Shown here: positions 55,688 through 64,000 of the stretch, one piece after another
Numbering within the stretch: the first letter of the stretch is position 1
Layout of the letters: each line of letters starts with the position of its first letter
NCBI GenBank assembly: GCA_945865565.1
Contig: CAMBEK010000005.1
Coordinates: 54,056-118,055 of the forward strand
From: Pseudobacteriovorax antillogorgiicola
GTDB taxonomy: Bacteria; Bdellovibrionota_B; Oligoflexia; Oligoflexales; RGVZ01
Length of the DNA stretch: 64,000 nucleotides
Reading direction: 5' to 3'
The notes under the pieces: model-generated
Seen by the model: only the letters and a program-made list of their open reading frames with translations
Databases searched by the model: none
Told to the model about the DNA's origin: nothing
Translations under genes and position numbers: made by a program

Positions 55688-56521
55688 ATGCGTCACCGCC
55701 GCCCGTCCAAAAATCGTTGGGTGGTGATGACAGCTTTGATGCTGCCTTGTCTGCTGGCGGTTTCGTCCTGCGGTGGATCTAGTTTCAAAGGCTCCGGCGG
55801 CGTCCGAAAGGCATCCGTAGGCCGCACTGGACTTGATGCAAGTTCTCAATCCCTGCCAGGCACGCAGATACCCCCAAGTTTTTCCGATGGGGGACGCGCA
55901 ACCCTGGCCAACCGCTTCAATGATTTTCTATTCGCCGGAAGCGGACCGGGCAGCTGCGGCCTGCCAGTCAAAAATAATCCCTGTCGCCCGCAAAATCCCC
56001 CCTCGGTTACAATCCCTCTAAGGTGCCCAAAAGAGTATGCCGAAATTGGATCAGTCGGTGACTGCTTTATGCTGCCTCAGGCCGACGCACTCGAATACAA
56101 GATCCCGATGCAATGCAACGGCAACCGCCCGCTCTGCCAAAAGACGGGCCAGGAAGATCCGAACGTGGTGATCGAAGTCCGGATGACCAACGGCTCAGCA
56201 TGCCCCGACGGGTTCAATGTTGATGCCAGTGGCAGCAACGTCCTGGGTGTCGTTTCTTCACCGGGCGCATGCACTAATTATTCAACCAGCGCATTCTGCA
56301 AGAAGACGGTTCCCCTGACATCCTTGCCGCCAGGAAGCGCCATTGTCTCAGCCATCGCGATAACGGGAACAAACGACCACTTAGCTTCACCCCCGGGATG
56401 TCCGTACCCTTTCGAAGACGTTGGGACCGCGCCGGACTGCTCAAACTACAACAAAAACAAAAGCTTCGAGTGCTGCAGTGGAAGGATTCGTTTTTGCCAA
56501 AAGAAGGACGTCGTCAAGTAG
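55688..56521 (+). CDS. Hypothetical cysteine-rich lipoprotein
   Basis: The start is taken at MRHRRPSKNRWVVMTALMLPCLLAVSSCGG (lipobox). The mature part has many Cys residues. I recognise no domain. Confidence 0.5.
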   Translation: MRHRRPSKNRWVVMTALMLPCLLAVSSCGGSSFKGSGGVRKASVGRTGLDASSQSLPGTQIPPSFSDGGRATLANRFNDFLFAGSGPGSCGLPVKNNPCRPQNPPSVTIPLRCPKEYAEIGSVGDCFMLPQADALEYKIPMQCNGNRPLCQKTGQEDPNVVIEVRMTNGSACPDGFNVDASGSNVLGVVSSPGACTNYSTSAFCKKTVPLTSLPPGSAIVSAIAITGTNDHLASPPGCPYPFEDVGTAPDCSNYNKNKSFECCSGRIRFCQKKDVVK

Positions 56522-57116
56522 GCTTCGTGATTTCCGTCACACCTTCTTCGGTCAACACGGCATGCACTGCGACATCGTAGGATTCCACCGGAATGTTTTC
56601 CGGCAAAACAAAACGTTGCCAGCAAACTCCCATCAACGTCACTCGAGATAGATCGGGCAGCGTTCTCAAAAAGCGGTCATAATATCCTGCACCTGAACCA
56701 AGGCGGTTGCCGCGGCGATCGATCGCAACGCTGGGCAAAAGGATCAGGACATCACGCGACTGAAAATCAAGCCTCTGGCCATCGGCTGGTTCTTTGATGC
56801 CGAACTTGCCTTTGCGGAGTGGCTCGTAGGAACGCCACGCGACAAATTCCATCATCTTTTCGGGAAGCACCCGCGGAAAATACCAGCGACGGTCGTGGTT
56901 TTGGTCCTGCTCCATCGCGGGATGAATGACGGCTTCGTTACGAACGGCCAGATAGGCAGCCACTGCACCAAATTGTTTTCCGCCAAGCCACCCCATCAAA
57001 TGATTTTGAATTTTCTGGGAAGAGGCCTCAACCTCGGCGGAGAGCATGCTTTTTCGTTCTGCACGAATCGCATCTCGCAGCACTGATTTGGCATCCTTTG
57101 GCGGGGCAACAGGCAT
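56514..57116 (-). CDS. 5-formyltetrahydrofolate cyclo-ligase
   Basis: LLPSVAIDRRGNRLGSGAGYYDRFL is the family signature. Confidence 0.85.
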   Translation of the reverse strand: MPVAPPKDAKSVLRDAIRAERKSMLSAEVEASSQKIQNHLMGWLGGKQFGAVAAYLAVRNEAVIHPAMEQDQNHDRRWYFPRVLPEKMMEFVAWRSYEPLRKGKFGIKEPADGQRLDFQSRDVLILLPSVAIDRRGNRLGSGAGYYDRFLRTLPDLSRVTLMGVCWQRFVLPENIPVESYDVAVHAVLTEEGVTEITKPT

Positions 57117-57169
57117 AAATGAAATGTCTCCTCATCCTCATCGTCGTCGTCATCTTCATCTTTATTAAA

Positions 57170-57211
57170 CATCATAAAACAAATTCGCCCAGCGGGGCTA
57201 CGCTGGGCGAA
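57170..57211 (-). terminator. Rho-independent terminator after the 57236-58270 gene
   Basis: A perfect 11-bp stem, TTCGCCCAGCG-gggcta-CGCTGGGCGAA (57184-57211), is followed on the minus strand by TTTGTTTTAT. Confidence 0.7.
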
Positions 57212-57235
57212 CGATCAACCTTGGGGTTTCACGAA

Positions 57236-58270
57236 TTACTGGATCGTGACATCCACAGGAGTCGAATACTCCCATCGTCCTGCGATTTCAGAAAAGGCTC
57301 CGACGCGCATTTTATAGGCACCAGGAGTGACCCCCTGGAGCGTCGCCGTGGACCCTGCCGTTGCAAACTTGTAAGCCGGGTTTGCCCAGTCGGGCGCATT
57401 GTTCAACTCGACCCGATAGTAGGTGACCTTGGAGTCGCCCTGCCAGCTCACTTGACCGCTGCTGCCAGCCAGGATTGCGCCCGGAGCAGGTGCCGTCACC
57501 ATCAACTTGCGGCGCACTGGTGCGTCCACAGAGAAGGATCGTATTTCAGAACTTCCGGTCGCGCTCTTGATGCGCCAGTACCACGTCCCAGGAGACGGCT
57601 GGTGCAGGGAATAGGCGCCTTTCTTGACCGGGATACTCATCTCGACCGGCTTCATTGACGCTTTACGGGAAAGCTCAAGCCGGCCTGGACCGCCAGTCCA
57701 TGAGAAGCGGGCTGGGCCCACCGTCTCATCGTAAGCAATCGCTGCTTCGTTTTCAGGAAAATTGATCGATATTGGTCCAGCCGATCCTTCAGCTGCGGCA
57801 GAAGCCGTCTCGGCAACAGGAGCCGTCTCGGCTACCGGAGCGGTCGATGCCACTGGCGCTGTCGATGCGACCGGCGCATTAGCGGCGACAGGGGCCTCTG
57901 CCTTCGGAGCGACCTCCGTCACTGCTGGAGCTTCTGGTGGCGGAAACTCATTCACGTCGTCGCCAGAGGTTTCCAGATAAAGGTATCCTACCGCCGCCAC
58001 TGCGACGAGCAGGACTGCCAGAAGGATGTAACGCGAACGATTGCTGTTCGCATAAGACCCTTCCTTGAATATTTGGGACATCGCATTGGTGTTCGTCCCA
58101 AAGTTACTTGCAAACTCGCCTTTCAAGTCCGCGGTAAACGGATTTGACTGCGAGGCGGGTTGTGACGGAAGGCCCCCGCCGCCCCCTTGCCCTGTCGGGT
58201 TATTCGTTGTCTGGTTCATAACGCTCAAATCTCCCAAGGTTGAGTGACACGGTAAGCCCGTAATGGTCAT
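57236..58270 (-). CDS. Membrane-anchored protein with Ala/Pro/Val hexapeptide repeats and Ig/FN3-like C-terminal region
   Basis: One TM helix (YILLAVLLVAVAAVGYLYL), then tandem APVAST/APVAET repeats (18-bp DNA period at ~57800-57900), then a beta-rich C-terminus with WYWRI and YYRVEL. An alternative start at 58219 (MNQTTN) has GGGAGA upstream. Confidence 0.55.
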   Translation of the reverse strand: MTITGLPCHSTLGDLSVMNQTTNNPTGQGGGGGLPSQPASQSNPFTADLKGEFASNFGTNTNAMSQIFKEGSYANSNRSRYILLAVLLVAVAAVGYLYLETSGDDVNEFPPPEAPAVTEVAPKAEAPVAANAPVASTAPVASTAPVAETAPVAETASAAAEGSAGPISINFPENEAAIAYDETVGPARFSWTGGPGRLELSRKASMKPVEMSIPVKKGAYSLHQPSPGTWYWRIKSATGSSEIRSFSVDAPVRRKLMVTAPAPGAILAGSSGQVSWQGDSKVTYYRVELNNAPDWANPAYKFATAGSTATLQGVTPGAYKMRVGAFSEIAGRWEYSTPVDVTIQ

Positions 58271-58425
58271 TCATGAGGGTGGATCGGGCGTGATCGAAAT
58301 CACTTTAGCCGTGGGAAGCCTTGAGCCAACTGGGAACCTGCAAATTGTCTAGGGGTGCACTAAAAAAAACAGGCATAAACATTAGGGGAAATCCCAATGA
58401 ATTACGAAATCGCCAAACGATGGAT

Positions 58426-59451
58426 TCAGAAAAAATCACGGTAAGAAAATTCAACTTTCATCGGCAGGATCCAAACCGGGATGCCAGATGCTTTCATGAT
58501 TTCCGGATCGCGCCAATAATCTTTCGAGGTGGTTACAATTGCATCAGCGCCATTCATTGAGCCTGAAGTGAAATGATCTGCGTGAAAGCGGGCGTGATCC
58601 TTCACTGTGATCACACGCAGGGGCGAAACCCCGGCAGCCGCCAGAGCTTTTAGAAACGATCCCGGACGCGCTATACCGCAAAGCGCAATGGGATGAAGCG
58701 GTAACTTCTGCCCGCGGCCTGCAGTCGAACCGGTCGCAACCACCGGCTGGATCGCGCCATAAATGATGCGGCCCTGGCTCTCCCGAACGCCACCTGGCAA
58801 CGCCATCGACTTGGCGGGCTGAACACTGTCCCGGCCGCTCAAGCGAACGACCGCATCCGCACGCCGAAGGGCACTGACCGGCTCCCGCAAATTTCCGGCA
58901 GGCAGCAGCGCATCGCCCACAAATTCCTGCGACAAAAGTACGATGTCTACGTCACGTTTTATCCGCCAATGTTGAAATCCATCGTCAAGGATCACATGAG
59001 TCGGCAGGTATCTGGCAAGAAAGTCAGAAAAAATTTTAAAGGCGTGTACCCGGTCACGCCCGATAATCACTGGAACGGTTGGGTTATCTGCGGAAACCAT
59101 TCTGGCTTCGTCGGCCATCAAGACCGTCACGTCCTTGAGTGCAGCACCCGAGGGTCCCCGGACTTCAAGCAAATGCGAATCAATAAACAATGCCGCTGCA
59201 TTTCGACCCAGAGCAGAGCCATAACCTCGCCCGAGGATCACAGGACGATGCCCTGCAGCCACAAGTGCAGCAGCAAGCCCGGAGGCAAACGGAGATTTTC
59301 CGGTGCCCCCCACTTCAATATTGCCAACAGAAATGGTCTTTGGCCCCAGATGAAATGATCGAATCAGGCCTAAATGGTAAGCCATCCTGCGAATCAAAAT
59401 GATCACCAGAAAAACAAGAGACAATGGCAAAAGCAGGCGCCGCCACTTCAT
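58426..59451 (-). CDS. lpxK: Tetraacyldisaccharide 4'-kinase
   Basis: SVGNIEVGGTGKSPF is the P-loop signature. The start has an ATGA overlap with the msbA stop. Confidence 0.88.
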   Translation of the reverse strand: MKWRRLLLPLSLVFLVIILIRRMAYHLGLIRSFHLGPKTISVGNIEVGGTGKSPFASGLAAALVAAGHRPVILGRGYGSALGRNAAALFIDSHLLEVRGPSGAALKDVTVLMADEARMVSADNPTVPVIIGRDRVHAFKIFSDFLARYLPTHVILDDGFQHWRIKRDVDIVLLSQEFVGDALLPAGNLREPVSALRRADAVVRLSGRDSVQPAKSMALPGGVRESQGRIIYGAIQPVVATGSTAGRGQKLPLHPIALCGIARPGSFLKALAAAGVSPLRVITVKDHARFHADHFTSGSMNGADAIVTTSKDYWRDPEIMKASGIPVWILPMKVEFSYRDFF

Positions 59452-61211
59452 GACAGGTCGCCTTCTGCAGAATTGCAGAACGAAACAAAACGGGGCGCAG
59501 CAAGCAAGTCCTGATGGGTTCCCTTCAAGACCACGCCGCCATCTTCCACAAACCAGATCTCGTCAAACAAAGGCAACCATTGCAAACGGTGGGTCACAGC
59601 AATGACAGCACTGAGATTTAATTTAGCCGCAGCCGTGATGCGCCTCAAGATCGATCCCTCGGTTGCAACATCAAGCGCCGAAGTCGCCTCATCAAGAAGA
59701 AGAATATATTTCCGGCGCAGCAACGCCCGTGCGATCACCAGCCGTTGAATCTGGCCTCCCGAAAGATTTGCAACGAGAGAAGAAACCGAAGCCGAAAGCC
59801 CGGCCGGCATGGCTTCGACAAATTGCCGTGCATCAATCGAATCCAGTGCGGCCCAGATATCATCGTCGTCGCAATCAGGGACCCCATAGGCGACGTTCTC
59901 ACGAATGGTTGCCGTAAACAAAAACGGTTGCTGCGGAACTAGTGCCGTCAACTCCACCGCCGACTCCCAACTGGAGTCCGCACTCCAGCGATCTGGAGGC
60001 AGAAGTCCTGACAGCACCTTTAAAAAAGTGCTTTTACCGGCACCGCTCGGACCAACAACGGCAACGGATCTTCCCGGAACCAAAGTCAGATTCTGCGCTG
60101 AAAAGGATTTACCAGAACCGGGCCACTTAAATGAAATATCACGCACAACCAGAGGCAGCCCCGCCCCCGGAGCCGCCAAGCGCAAGCCAGACATCAGACC
60201 AGGCGGAAAAAACGGCTCAGGTCCACGGGCATCTGTTGCTCCAGAACGGAGCATCTCAAAACACTTTGAGATCGCCCCATGCGTCTCATGATACCGGGCC
60301 AATTGCTCGCCCATGTCGCGCATGGGCTTCACCATAAAACCAATGGCCACCACGAATTGAAGGAGCAGTTCGCTCCCCTTTTCGCCGTTTGAAGCGAATC
60401 CGATCCAACCCCGGTTGATCGCAAGGATGAATCCCGCAAACACTGCGAAACCAAAAAATTCCAGCGCGGGCGCAAATGCCGAACGAACAAGAATGCTGCG
60501 GGTGATCATTCGAAAGTACGATTCATTTGCGGACTCGTATCTTTGAAAATCAAAGGCCTCACCCTGTTGGGCACGCATGAAATCAAACCGGCCGCGGACC
60601 TCAAAAACAAGATCCGCCATCCGTCGCAATGATTCTTGAACCGCACTTGAAAAGCCGGAAATGCGCTTACCCGTGGCGCCGGTCGAACGGGCCGTCAACG
60701 GCATCACCAACAGCATTACCACCGCAGATGGCCAATGCAAAAAAAACATTGTGGCCAGGCTGGCCAAGACAGCCATCCCGCCCCTCAAAAAACTGGTCAT
60801 GACCTCGGAAAGGCGAGTTTGAACAAAGGCTACGTCATTAACTAAAATGGACATCCATGATCCAGGCGAAACCTGCGCGAGCTCCTGATAGGACTTGCCG
60901 AGGATTGCCGGGAATAACTTGTCACGCAGAGCCGCCCCTGCAAATAGGCTGAACTCTTGCTGCAGCCGGGTATACATGTAGGTTCCCCAAGACTTTGCGA
61001 TGCCAGCAACAAGAACAACAAGAGGAAGATACATCACAAGGGAACCGTGCTTCCCATGCGGGCTGTCAAAAAACGCCACAAGAAAACCTTTGACCAGAAA
61101 GATCACCGTTGCCTGGGAAATCCCAAGCACCAGCAAGGCTACAAACATCCCCGCGACAACCCTGGCATGGCGCCGCGCCGTCCACAAAGCAAGATCGGGG
61201 AGTGATCTCAT
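59448..61211 (-). CDS. msbA: ABC transporter permease/ATPase, lipid A flippase MsbA-like
   Basis: An N-terminal 6-TM domain is followed by GPSGAGKST, LSGGQIQRLVIARALL and ILLLDEATSALD. The MsbA assignment rests on its position between lpxB and lpxK. The start at 61211 gives an ATGA overlap with the lpxB stop; the track start is 61229. Confidence 0.7.
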   Translation of the reverse strand: MRSLPDLALWTARRHARVVAGMFVALLVLGISQATVIFLVKGFLVAFFDSPHGKHGSLVMYLPLVVLVAGIAKSWGTYMYTRLQQEFSLFAGAALRDKLFPAILGKSYQELAQVSPGSWMSILVNDVAFVQTRLSEVMTSFLRGGMAVLASLATMFFLHWPSAVVMLLVMPLTARSTGATGKRISGFSSAVQESLRRMADLVFEVRGRFDFMRAQQGEAFDFQRYESANESYFRMITRSILVRSAFAPALEFFGFAVFAGFILAINRGWIGFASNGEKGSELLLQFVVAIGFMVKPMRDMGEQLARYHETHGAISKCFEMLRSGATDARGPEPFFPPGLMSGLRLAAPGAGLPLVVRDISFKWPGSGKSFSAQNLTLVPGRSVAVVGPSGAGKSTFLKVLSGLLPPDRWSADSSWESAVELTALVPQQPFLFTATIRENVAYGVPDCDDDDIWAALDSIDARQFVEAMPAGLSASVSSLVANLSGGQIQRLVIARALLRRKYILLLDEATSALDVATEGSILRRITAAAKLNLSAVIAVTHRLQWLPLFDEIWFVEDGGVVLKGTHQDLLAAPRFVSFCNSAEGDLS

Positions 61212-62377
61212 GAGACGCCTCCCAGCCACTCCTCGATGGTTTTTGCGGCGGTCAGGGCAGCGCCTCCGGCAAGACTGCTATTGACCAGACGGAGCCCCGC
61301 AATCTGACGACCGCGAACAGACTGGTCTAACAACAGATCTTCGACCTGCCGGGCGACATGAATAGCATCAACATTCTGTACGAACTCAGGAACGACCTCG
61401 GAACCCGCGATCAGGTTCACCAAACTGACATGCTTGATCGAAACCAATTTACTCATCAGGGCATAAGAGATCGCCCCCATTTCATAAACGACCACCATGG
61501 GAAGTTCTGACAAACCACATTCCAAAGTGGCGGTTCCAGAAGCGACGACGGCAACGTCTGCCACTGACATCAGCTCAAGGCTGGATCCATGATGAACGTG
61601 CAAATGACGAAGGCCAGAAAAATGGGCCCGAACGAATTTCAAATCCAGATTGGCCGCAACGGGCAGTGCAAAAGTGATTCCTGGCACAGCCGCCTCGAGT
61701 TGCCGCGCAATGCGAACCATGAGTGGAGCAATCGCTTCAATTTCACCCTTGCGGCTTCCCGGCAGCAACAAAACAACCGGCTGCGTCGCCCGGTCGCGAT
61801 CAAAGCCAAACATCGTCCGGTCCACTTTTACCCGGCGAATTCTGTCGACATGAGGACAACCCACATACCGGTATTTGATGCCACGCCCGTGAAAAAATTC
61901 TGCTTCAAAGGGAAGTATTCCAAGGACGCCGGAAAAATCGCGACGAAGGCGCTCTGCCCTTCCTGCTCCCCACGCCCAAAGTTTCGGGGCCACATATTGA
62001 TAAACTGGAATCCCAAGCATTTTAAGGTGCTCGGCCATGCGAAAGTGAAACCCAGGAAAATCAACGGTGATAACAAAGTCAGGCTGAAGGCGCTCAATCG
62101 CCGCGAAAATCTTCTTCTCGAGCAACGCGAGATCGCCAATTTTTCGAACAACCTCTGCCACTCCCATCACACTCAGCTCTTCAATTCCAGCGATACTCTC
62201 CACGCCGGCCGCATTCATGGCCGGGCCAGTTATCCCGAAAAAAGATGCGGAGTGAAAAACAGAACGCAGGCCCGCAACGAGATCAGCCCCGAGCAGGTCA
62301 CCGGAATATTCGCCGGCAGAGATAAATATTTTTTTAGGTAAAGATGCCAAATTACAACCGGCCCTAGCGGCAAACAC
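61208..62377 (-). CDS. lpxB: Lipid-A-disaccharide synthase
   Basis: KIFISAGEYSGDLLGADL and YVAPKLWAWG, with GT19 family layout. Confidence 0.88.
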   Translation of the reverse strand: MFAARAGCNLASLPKKIFISAGEYSGDLLGADLVAGLRSVFHSASFFGITGPAMNAAGVESIAGIEELSVMGVAEVVRKIGDLALLEKKIFAAIERLQPDFVITVDFPGFHFRMAEHLKMLGIPVYQYVAPKLWAWGAGRAERLRRDFSGVLGILPFEAEFFHGRGIKYRYVGCPHVDRIRRVKVDRTMFGFDRDRATQPVVLLLPGSRKGEIEAIAPLMVRIARQLEAAVPGITFALPVAANLDLKFVRAHFSGLRHLHVHHGSSLELMSVADVAVVASGTATLECGLSELPMVVVYEMGAISYALMSKLVSIKHVSLVNLIAGSEVVPEFVQNVDAIHVARQVEDLLLDQSVRGRQIAGLRLVNSSLAGGAALTAAKTIEEWLGGVS

Positions 62378-63149
62378 CGCGTTTGCTGGCTGCGAGGAAA
62401 TCTAAAAATTTGGTTTTGACACCCTCATCACCAACTTCAGCAGCGATCTTGGCGCGTGCGTCGTCAATGGTGAGGTTCTCACTGTAAATGAATCGATAGG
62501 ATGACTTCACATCAGAGACCTGGGATTGGCTCAATCCAGACCTGCGAAGCCCAACCACATTCAATCCGCTCGGCTGGGCCCGGTTGCCATGAACCATGAC
62601 AAAAGGCGGCACGTCCTGGGTGACGATTGCCCCGGCGGCAACCATCACCATATCCCCGACAAGGCAGAACTGGTGCAATGCGGACAGACCACCGAACACA
62701 ACTTTGTTCCCGATCAAGGAATGCCCTGCGATTGCCACCCCGTTGGCAAAGATGCACTCGTTGCCAATAATGCAGTCGTGGGCAATATGCGTGTAGACCA
62801 TGAACAGATTGCCATTACCAATGACGGTCTTCCCACCGCCGCCAACGGTACCAAGTGACAGGTTGGCATACTCGCGAATCATGTTGTCGGCGCCGATCAA
62901 CAGCTCCGTATCTTCCCCGCGGTATTTCAGATCCTGGGGCATGGATCCGACGCTTGCAAAAGAATGAATCCGCGTGCGGGCACCCACGGTGGTGCGGCCA
63001 TCGACCACGGCATGGGCATCGACAATGACATTATCGGAAAGTTTTACCTTTGAACCGATGATCGCATAGGGCCCAATCTGGACGCCCACGCCCAATTCTG
63101 CACCCGCATGCACAAAAGCAGTCTTGTGAATCTGGTTGTGTTCCGCCAT
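62364..63149 (-). CDS. lpxA: Acyl-ACP--UDP-N-acetylglucosamine O-acyltransferase
   Basis: IHKTAFVHAGAELGVGVQIGPYAIIG and hexapeptide repeats, with a helical C-terminal domain. Confidence 0.9.
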   Translation of the reverse strand: MAEHNQIHKTAFVHAGAELGVGVQIGPYAIIGSKVKLSDNVIVDAHAVVDGRTTVGARTRIHSFASVGSMPQDLKYRGEDTELLIGADNMIREYANLSLGTVGGGGKTVIGNGNLFMVYTHIAHDCIIGNECIFANGVAIAGHSLIGNKVVFGGLSALHQFCLVGDMVMVAAGAIVTQDVPPFVMVHGNRAQPSGLNVVGLRRSGLSQSQVSDVKSSYRFIYSENLTIDDARAKIAAEVGDEGVKTKFLDFLAASKRGVCR

Positions 63150-63173
63150 GACCCCTCTCTGACTACGGGCGCG

Positions 63174-63641
63174 TTAGCGCATCAGGGCTGAAAACTTTGC
63201 CGTCGCGACTGCTTCGCCGTCAACGAGAGCCGTTGCATCGAACCAAAGAAAGTGAGCCCGCTGGCGCACGATCTTGACCTCATAGACTAGTCTATCACCA
63301 GGGCGGACCGGTTTGCGGAAACGGGCCTCGCTGACATCGGAAAGAAGGCAACCCGTGGCCGTCCCGCCGCTAGCCAGATGACCGTAAACGGCAGCCGTCT
63401 GAGCCAGCCCCTCAATGATGAAAACCCCAGGAAGAACCGGATCCCCCGGGAAATGACCCTGAAGGGCTGACTCAGAGATTGAAATATTCCGGTAGGCGAC
63501 AATCTTGTCCCCCGGGACAAGACTTGTCACCCGGTCCACCAGCAAAAATGGATAGCGGTGGGGAATGCACTTTTGGATGGCTTCCGTATCCATTGGCATT
63601 GCGGGAATTTTAATTTCAGCGACCTCAGCAGCGTGCTTCAT
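63174..63641 (-). CDS. fabZ: 3-hydroxyacyl-ACP dehydratase
   Basis: IPHRYPFLLVDRV, GHFPGDPVLPGV and IEGLAQ. Confidence 0.92.
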   Translation of the reverse strand: MKHAAEVAEIKIPAMPMDTEAIQKCIPHRYPFLLVDRVTSLVPGDKIVAYRNISISESALQGHFPGDPVLPGVFIIEGLAQTAAVYGHLASGGTATGCLLSDVSEARFRKPVRPGDRLVYEVKIVRQRAHFLWFDATALVDGEAVATAKFSALMR

Positions 63642-63647
63642 GGTGGC

Positions 63648-64000
63648 TCACTTTTTTGATTTGCCAGAGTTCTTTTTGGCTTCTTTGGCGTAGCGATCGA
63701 CAACTTCCTTGGTCAAATCGACTGGCTCTTGCAAATATAGCAACCCAGCAGAATTAGACTCGAATACGGCCTCGATGCTGCGCTCCTTGGCGATCTTCTC
63801 AACCAACCCGGCAACTTTCACCGCAATCCCCTGGGTTGCCTTTTGTTCCTTGCGCTTGATATTTGCCTGAAACTCCATCTCGGCATTGCGAAGGGCAAGA
63901 AACTTCTCTTGGAAATCCTTTTGCTTGTTCATCCGGGCTTCCTCGGACAAGAGGCTGGCCTTCGACTTCCACTCATCGTTCATTTTATCGAGCTCTTCCT
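63648..64000 (-). CDS. OmpH/Skp-family periplasmic chaperone (5' end outside window)
   Basis: Coiled-coil, Lys/Glu-rich sequence ...FQEKFLALRNAEMEFQANIKRKEQKATQGIAVKVAGLVEKIAKERSIEAVFE. The frame stays open to the window edge. The position upstream of fabZ-lpxA supports the call. Confidence 0.65.
   Translation of the reverse strand, partial: EELDKMNDEWKSKASLLSEEARMNKQKDFQEKFLALRNAEMEFQANIKRKEQKATQGIAVKVAGLVEKIAKERSIEAVFESNSAGLLYLQEPVDLTKEVVDRYAKEAKKNSGKSKK

Noticed and set aside
57119-57178. A highly acidic micro-ORF on the minus strand (MMFNKDEDDDDDEDEE...) between the terminator and the 5-formyl-THF cyclo-ligase gene.
   Set aside because: It runs out of frame into the cyclo-ligase coding region, has no RBS and falls below the track threshold. 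The GAT/GAC-rich stretch is more likely promoter or leader sequence. There is no basis to call a gene.
1-64000. I searched for rRNA, tRNA, tmRNA, RNase P RNA, SRP RNA, riboswitches, a reverse transcriptase/retron, transposases and integrases.
   Set aside because: I could not recognise any conserved motif of these classes by eye in the intergenic regions, which are mostly shorter than 250 bp, and no ORF has RT, transposase or integrase motifs. Covariance-model scans (Infernal/Rfam, tRNAscan-SE) would be needed to exclude small RNAs formally.

Overview
This is a gene-dense 64-kb chromosomal segment with about 65 protein-coding genes. GC content is roughly 55% by eye. I found no rRNA, tRNA, CRISPR array, transposase or integrase. 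The host is a diderm (Gram-negative) bacterium. The gene content includes an lpx/msbA lipid A cluster, TolC plus an RND pump, a YbgF/CpoB-like Tol-Pal protein, futalosine-pathway MqnA, several PilZ proteins, an RRM protein and a histone-H1-like Lys/Ala-repeat protein. That mix reminds me of Bdellovibrionota or another 'delta'-type lineage, but this is only an impression. Most of the window is housekeeping: tsaD, rsmA, dapC-dapD, kynA, prfC, slyD, mqnA, hemL, clpB, fabZ-lpxA-lpxB-msbA-lpxK, RNA methyltransferases, a DEAD-box helicase, PPIases and OmpA. All functional calls come from motifs I recognise by eye in the supplied translations, not from database searches. I did not find a large, obviously novel multi-gene system. 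Five observations stand out. (1) A 600-bp DUF4258/DUF2283 toxin-antitoxin-like cassette sits at the 3' end of a gene and is bracketed by a near-perfect duplication of that gene's last ~83-106 nt, which is an att-like integration signature with no integrase. (2) The target gene itself is an unusual fusion of a DUF455 ferritin-like domain with an ATP-grasp ligase. (3) A visibly AT-rich islet (27.4-31.0 kb) carries an MNT/HEPN pair and two convergent Walker-A plus PD-(D/E)xK-like (DUF4143-type) ATPases, each preceded by a nested palindrome. (4) A dispersed family of ~35-bp units (CGTCATYCTGAG...GAAGRATCCTTTCTT) is stacked into large palindromic, MITE-like arrays at two convergent gene junctions, one of them with perfect 34-bp terminal inverted repeats. 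(5) A TolC-RND operon has no membrane-fusion adaptor but has PhoU-like and NifU-like genes attached.
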